Shown piece by piece: positions 59,283 to 64,000 of a stretch of 64,000 nt of DNA. Position 1 is the stretch's first letter. The number at the start of each line of letters is the position of its first letter. The notes under the pieces were generated by a model, which worked only from the letters and a program-made list of their open reading frames with translations, was not told the origin of the DNA and did no database searches. The DNA is taken from NCBI GenBank assembly GCA_963761335.1, contig CAVXGR010000018.1:1123522-1187521 (forward strand), given 5' to 3'. A program made the position numbers and the translations under genes. The DNA is from an uncultured delta proteobacterium (GTDB lineage Bacteria; Desulfobacterota; Binatia; HRBIN30; BPIQ01).

Positions 59283-59650
59283 GGCATGTAGCCCCGGGTG
59301 CCAACCCGGGGACCGCGTTCCGATTGGCCCAGATCAGCGCCCCGAAGGGGCGCGGGCGTGCAGAGGCCGCGTAAAACACGTCGATGAGCTTCCCACGCAC
59401 CCAGTGGTGATCATCGGCGTACGGGCGCGACATCGACGAAAACTTGCCCGCGCCCCTGGCGGGGCGCCTATGACGGACCGTGCACTTTTCCCCGGGTGCA
59501 ACCCCGGGTTTCACCCGGGGCTACACGCCACCGCCCCTCCGGGGCGAACTTCGCCCAGGCGAGAACCTCCTAATCTCTTGCCGGGGCAGATCCCCGGCCT
59601 CATTTTCATCGTCTACTGGTGAGCCGCCAGGCTCATGATGCACTGTCCCC
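59283..59650. repeat. Composite MITE/REP-like repeat, copy C
   Basis: Aligns by eye to 28345-28691. Confidence 0.75.
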
Positions 59651-59801
59651 CTCCGTCGCGGGCTCAACCTACCAGCATTGGGGCAAGGCCTGCCGCTACG
59701 GGTCGGCCGGCAATATTTCATCTTGCGGGCAGTGAACAGTTGTTCCCTCCAACTGAACGCCACTTTTCCAGGAGGGGCGCTGGGCGCCGCAAACCCACAG
59801 G

Positions 59802-60179
59802 ATGGCCGATTCGACCGCCAGAACCGCATGCGAATACTTGTTCCAGCGCGAGGGCGAGTACTGGACGCTCGCGTACGATGACACTGTGGCCCGGCTGCGG
59901 GACAGCCGCGGAATGCGCCACCTGGCGCAACTGCTTGTTGCCCCTTGGGAAAAAGTCGCGGTGAGCGAGATGGTCGCCGGCTCGACCAAGCCGCCGGCCG
60001 GTGGCGAGCCCGATGCCGAGCGGGCGCGGGTCAACGTGACCCGCGCCATCGCCACGGCGCTGCAGCGCATCGAGCTGCACCACCCCGCTCTGGCGCGGCA
60101 CCTGTCCATGACCGTCCGCACCGGCCGCATGTGCTCGTACAACCCCGACCCGCGGGTGCCGATCCGTTGGCGGACGTGA
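59802..60179 (+). CDS. Small regulator-like protein (stand-alone C-terminal domain of ATPase-regulators)
   Basis: FQREGEYW..LRDSRGMRHLA.L..ERARVNVTRAI..L..HL..VRTG. Confidence 0.6.
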   Translation: MADSTARTACEYLFQREGEYWTLAYDDTVARLRDSRGMRHLAQLLVAPWEKVAVSEMVAGSTKPPAGGEPDAERARVNVTRAIATALQRIELHHPALARHLSMTVRTGRMCSYNPDPRVPIRWRT

Positions 60180-60334
60180 ACGAGAGTCGGACGAAGATGA
60201 TGGCAGTGAACAATTGTTCGATCCAACTGAACGCCTTCACTACGTGAGAACGAGGCTATGTCGGGTCGTTCGGGGGAACGACACGACTCTGGCCGATTGG
60301 ATTCGCCGGTGGTCCGGCGAGGGAGGAAAAGCGC

Positions 60335-60862
60335 ATGGAGTTCGGGACTCCGAGAATCACGTCGGGGCAGCTGTCTTTTTCCATCACCCGTGCAGCGGCG
60401 GTCATCACGCTCGCAGTCTTTCTGGGTCTGTTGCGGGCGCCCGGCGCTCAGGCGCTGGATCTGACAGGCACCTGGAGCAGCACGAACCACACCTCTTTCG
60501 AAGCCATCAAGTGTACGTTCTACCAGTCCGGGCAGAAGCAGCGGGCAACGCTATACCTGGGACCCATCGAGATCTCTGAGAGTGGCACCTCGATCTACGC
60601 AGACACGGCCCAGGGGCAATTCCAGGGCGGGACGCTCGAGCCGTTTCCGAGCAACGACAAGAGCGTCGCTGCGATGTCCGCCTGCTCAGTATCCCAGGGC
60701 ACGATCGGCGCGCTCTTCGTGCGCAAGGCCATGGACGGTGCGCCCGCGAAGATGGTCGTGGAGCTTATCGGCTATCGGCCCGTGTACCACGAAGTCCTGA
60801 AGTGCAAGGGGACGTTCATTCGCGCGTCCTCCTCCGACCCACTCGTGTCACCCTGCCCGTGA
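60335..60862 (+). CDS. Secreted hypothetical protein
   Basis: AQA-LD signal-peptide cleavage and GGGAGG RBS. Confidence 0.6.
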   Translation: MEFGTPRITSGQLSFSITRAAAVITLAVFLGLLRAPGAQALDLTGTWSSTNHTSFEAIKCTFYQSGQKQRATLYLGPIEISESGTSIYADTAQGQFQGGTLEPFPSNDKSVAAMSACSVSQGTIGALFVRKAMDGAPAKMVVELIGYRPVYHEVLKCKGTFIRASSSDPLVSPCP

Positions 60863-60999
60863 CGGTTACGTCCGCTGCGTCCGCTAGTGATCGCGCCCGC
60901 GGCCCAACCGCATTCATCTCGGCCGCGGTGGCCGGACGAACAATTGATCCGTCGAGCTGAACGCCTCGGGACACAAAACATGAGAAAAGGAGAATGGAC

Positions 61000-61785
61000 A
61001 TGACGATTTCGAAGACCAAGCTCTGCCTGGCGGCGTCGCTGCTGCTGTGTGTGACAGCCTCGATGGCCGCGGCAACGACCGACCCGAACAACCTGTGTAC
61101 TTTCAAGCGTCAGAAGGCGTGGACCAAGTACCGTGCCTGCATCGACGCCCCTCTCGCGAAGGCATACAAGCTGGGTGCGTACAACGACATCTACGTGCCG
61201 ACCAACGTGGCGTGGGCCAAATGCCGCCACAGATACTTCAAGGCCTGGCAGAAGTTTCAGACGAGCGCTTCACTGGCAGGGACGGCGTGCGCCGGCGACC
61301 GCTTCACCGACAACGACGACGGGAGTGTGACCGACAATCTGACGCGGTTGACGTGGGAGAAGAAGGACGATGCCGGGGGAACGCACGACAAGGACAATCT
61401 GTACATGTGGAGCACCGGAGCACCGTGGGACGAGACCGGCACCGCATTCACGGATTTCCTGGCAACGCTGAACTCAGCGGCCTTCGCCGGCTCGAACGGC
61501 TGGCGGTTGCCGAGCATCGCCGAGCTGCAGACGATCGTGCAGGACTACGCGTGCTCGGGACCGTGGGGCGAGGCCGGCTGTGTCTGCGCCAGCGATCCAT
61601 GTGTCGATCCGGAGCTGGGAACGATCGACGATCTCGATCTTTACATGTCGTCGAGCACCGATGCCGATTTTTCTGGATCCGACCACGAGATCACCTTCTA
61701 TAACGGCAGCTGGGGGATCCATCTCTTCTGCCCGGACCCCAAGGCCTGCACCTCCAAGGCGATCGGCGTACGCGGCGGGTTCTGA
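61000..61785 (+). CDS. Second DUF1566/Lcl-domain secreted protein (paralog of the DGR target, no VR)
   Basis: RFTDNDDGSVTDNLTRLTWEKK, GWRLPSIAELQTIV and terminal GVRGGF. Confidence 0.85.
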   Translation: MTISKTKLCLAASLLLCVTASMAAATTDPNNLCTFKRQKAWTKYRACIDAPLAKAYKLGAYNDIYVPTNVAWAKCRHRYFKAWQKFQTSASLAGTACAGDRFTDNDDGSVTDNLTRLTWEKKDDAGGTHDKDNLYMWSTGAPWDETGTAFTDFLATLNSAAFAGSNGWRLPSIAELQTIVQDYACSGPWGEAGCVCASDPCVDPELGTIDDLDLYMSSSTDADFSGSDHEITFYNGSWGIHLFCPDPKACTSKAIGVRGGF

Positions 61786-61904
61786 CATGCCGCGCCGTCT
61801 GTCTCTCCGGCAGAAGGCTGAAGAGCCGCGGACTCTTGCCCACGGCCGCGTTCTATGCCCAGACGGTGCGCACCAGTCCGCTCTGGTCTCTGTCCAAGCT
61901 CCTC

Positions 61905-61973
61905 GTCCCGAGAGCGGGGCGCCGCGAGCAGGAACACGCAGGCGTGCGTGTCGAGCACGTATCTACGCCGCAC
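61905..61973 (-). pseudogene. PIN/VapC toxin N-terminal fragment
   Basis: RRYVLDTHACVFLL, then degenerates. Confidence 0.5.
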
Positions 61974-62123
61974 GACCGCTGCCGCGTCTCAGGCGAGATG
62001 CTTCTCGAGTAGGTTCGCGTACAGTCCGGCTGGACGGCGCAGTTCACCGGCCGCATGGTTGCGCATGAGGATCAATTTCTCAGCACAGTCGTGCAGAGAT
62101 TCGGCAACGCTAACCGTGGAAGC

Positions 62124-62333
62124 TCAGACTGGGTCCAGCGCGAGGTGAATGCGCAGGGCCCGGTCGAGCGTCTCCTGCGCCTCCGCGGATATCCTTCCGG
62201 CGCGCTTGACGACGCGATCACGGTCGTAGGTCATGACCATGGAAGCGTTCGCCACTCGCCCCTCGCGCAGATCCGACTTCGGTCTGCGCAGATCCACCAT
62301 ATTGGACGTCGACGACTTCCCTGCGCACACCAT
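62124..62333 (-). pseudogene. PemK-like toxin C-terminal fragment
   Basis: VANASMVMTYDRDRVVKRAGRIS...LDRALRIHLAL. Confidence 0.55.
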
Positions 62334-62397
62334 CGTTCGCCTGGTACCTGAGCTTTGTCTCCGGGGCAGTCAGCCCCGGAGACAAGAGCCTCCAGGC

Positions 62398-63699
62398 CTA
62401 CGTGCTCTCATTCTCATCCCCGGTTCTCGTGCCGTCGTTCTCCATTCGCTCTGACGGGCGCGGGTGTGATGAGTCGCCGCAGTGGTGCGGCAGAATCAAT
62501 CCGAGGCCATTGAGGAGGAGAAGAGCCAGCACGGCGGCGGCCGTCAGTAGCTGAGCGCTTCTGTCGGCGTCGACGACGCGCGCCAGCAGCAGCCACCAGG
62601 CGGCGGTCACGGGAATCCACAGGCTGAGATCGCTCGGAACCCAGTCGAAGCAGAAGGCGGCGTGCAGGAATGCCCACACCAGGAGCACGTCCATTCCTGC
62701 ACAATGGAGCCTTCGCCTGTACGCCAGGATCGGTGGCGTCATCACCGCAAGGCCGGCCACGGCATAGGTCGCCGCAAATGCAGCCAGCGACGCTGCTCCC
62801 GCAGTCTGCCGCCATTGCACGGTGCGATCGTTTATCCCGAGGCCGGGAAACAGGACCAGTGTGCGCGCGAAGGCGTAGCCGCCACGAGGCAGGCTCTCCC
62901 ACGTGAGGGCGCCGTAGCCGCTGCCCGGCCGCAGCACGGCCGCGATCGCGCCGAACGACCCGCTCGTGCTGACTGCCACAATCGCGCCGGCGGCCACGGG
63001 GACGGCGAATCCGGCCATCAGCCACATTGCGGCTGTCGCCCACTGTCTGGGGGCGCGGCGTTCGCTGCGCAGACCCATCAGGGCCGCGGGAAGCAGTGCC
63101 GCCGTGCTCAGGTAGACCAGCGCGCACACGCCGATCGACACCCCGAGGGCCAGTATGGGGCCGCGGCCGCGATCCCGGCTCCCCGGCGCCGCCGAGCGGA
63201 TGAGCTTCAACACCTGTCCGAGGACGAGCAGCTCCAGGGCGAGCGGAACGGTGACGAACTCCGCCTCGGTGCTTGTCAGCCAGAGGCCTCCGCAGACGGC
63301 GAATCCTCCGGCCGCCAGCAGAGCGGTGAAGGCGGAGCGAGTGACGTGTCGGCACAGACAGAAGAGCGCGCCGACGCAGACGGCGCCGCCGAGGGCGTTG
63401 AGGGCCTGCAGCGGCAGCATCGCACCGGCACTCCAACCGGCCCCCTGCCAGAGGCGAAACCATGCCCAGGCAAGAGGTTGAATCAACAAGTGATGCGGCG
63501 CGAACCCCGGGCCCCAGCCGCCGTGCTCGACGAGGGCTGCGAACCCACGGCTGTCGCCGGAGTAGTGCCGCGACAAGGTAGCGAGGTAGAGCGCCAGCGC
63601 AGTCGACGAGAGCGCCGCCGCAGCAGCGCCTCGGCGGTTCGCGCAGTGATTCGGCGACAGCGGAGGAGACGTGATTTTCGCCCGCTCAGCCACCGCCAT
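62398..63699 (-). CDS. Polytopic membrane protein (GT-C/ArnT-like possible)
   Basis: About ten hydrophobic segments with SGDS..PHHLL and STEAE loops. Confidence 0.65.
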   Translation of the reverse strand: MAVAERAKITSPPLSPNHCANRRGAAAAALSSTALALYLATLSRHYSGDSRGFAALVEHGGWGPGFAPHHLLIQPLAWAWFRLWQGAGWSAGAMLPLQALNALGGAVCVGALFCLCRHVTRSAFTALLAAGGFAVCGGLWLTSTEAEFVTVPLALELLVLGQVLKLIRSAAPGSRDRGRGPILALGVSIGVCALVYLSTAALLPAALMGLRSERRAPRQWATAAMWLMAGFAVPVAAGAIVAVSTSGSFGAIAAVLRPGSGYGALTWESLPRGGYAFARTLVLFPGLGINDRTVQWRQTAGAASLAAFAATYAVAGLAVMTPPILAYRRRLHCAGMDVLLVWAFLHAAFCFDWVPSDLSLWIPVTAAWWLLLARVVDADRSAQLLTAAAVLALLLLNGLGLILPHHCGDSSHPRPSERMENDGTRTGDENEST

Positions 63700-63853
63700 T
63701 CTCCAAGGGAGTGATCGGCTCGGTCGTCACCGTGAGGACCCCCAGCAACGCCACTCTGGTGCGATCCAACGCGAAGCCCGGAATCTTGCCGAGCAGCATG
63801 CCCAGATAGGTGAGGGCGAAGACGGTGAGGACGACGGGTTCAATCGTCGCCGC
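63686..63853 (-). pseudogene. Anion permease (ArsB/NhaD/SLC13-like) N-terminal fragment
   Basis: Manual translation gives VFALTYLGMLLGKIPGFALDRTRVALLG, then an early stop. Confidence 0.5.
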
Positions 63854-64000
63854 TCTTAGCCGAGCGGGGCGTCGGAGTCACCTGGAAGCGCTGCAATTGG
63901 TTGCCAAGTCGGGCCGCTCCCGGCGGCGGCCAAGCTGGTGGCGCTCCCTGCGTGTGCGTCTACCTGTACGCTTGACAGCTCGGCATTGTGTGGAAGACTG

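Noticed and set aside
61640..61785. Second VR in the DUF1566 paralog
   Set aside because: No nucleotide similarity to the TR beyond the last few codons and no downstream GAA hairpin.

Overview
This is a GC-rich bacterial chromosomal window with three parts. (1) 0.8-18.3 kb is a large multiheme-cytochrome cluster. It holds six cytochromes c (3 to 18 CxxCH motifs, one closely resembling the tetraheme nanowire subunit OmcE), three NHL beta-propellers, an outer-membrane beta-barrel, a His-rich membrane protein and a ferredoxin-FAD oxidoreductase, and looks like an extracellular electron-transfer system. (2) 18-41 kb holds housekeeping and metabolic genes (TesB-like, Lnt, enoyl-CoA hydratase, P450, B12-radical SAM), an intact IS110-family element and several REP/MITE-like repeat families. 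(3) From the tmRNA gene (41614-41994) onward is a decayed, tandem genomic-island region. Its centrepiece is a complete diversity-generating retroelement (DGR): a secreted DUF1566/Lcl-type target with a variable repeat (48369-48514), a GAA-loop hairpin, avd, a template repeat (49187-49332) and a reverse transcriptase carrying a C-terminal MutS-I-like domain. The VR and TR differ at 27 positions, all at TR adenines. The DGR lies in a ~10 kb segment bounded by ~565 bp direct repeats that begin with the tmRNA 3' end. The same segment holds an internally deleted second DGR copy adjacent to a group II intron 3' end, plus duplicated toxin-antitoxin pairs. Further TA modules and gene fragments follow. 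Family names come from motif recognition by eye; no database searches were run.
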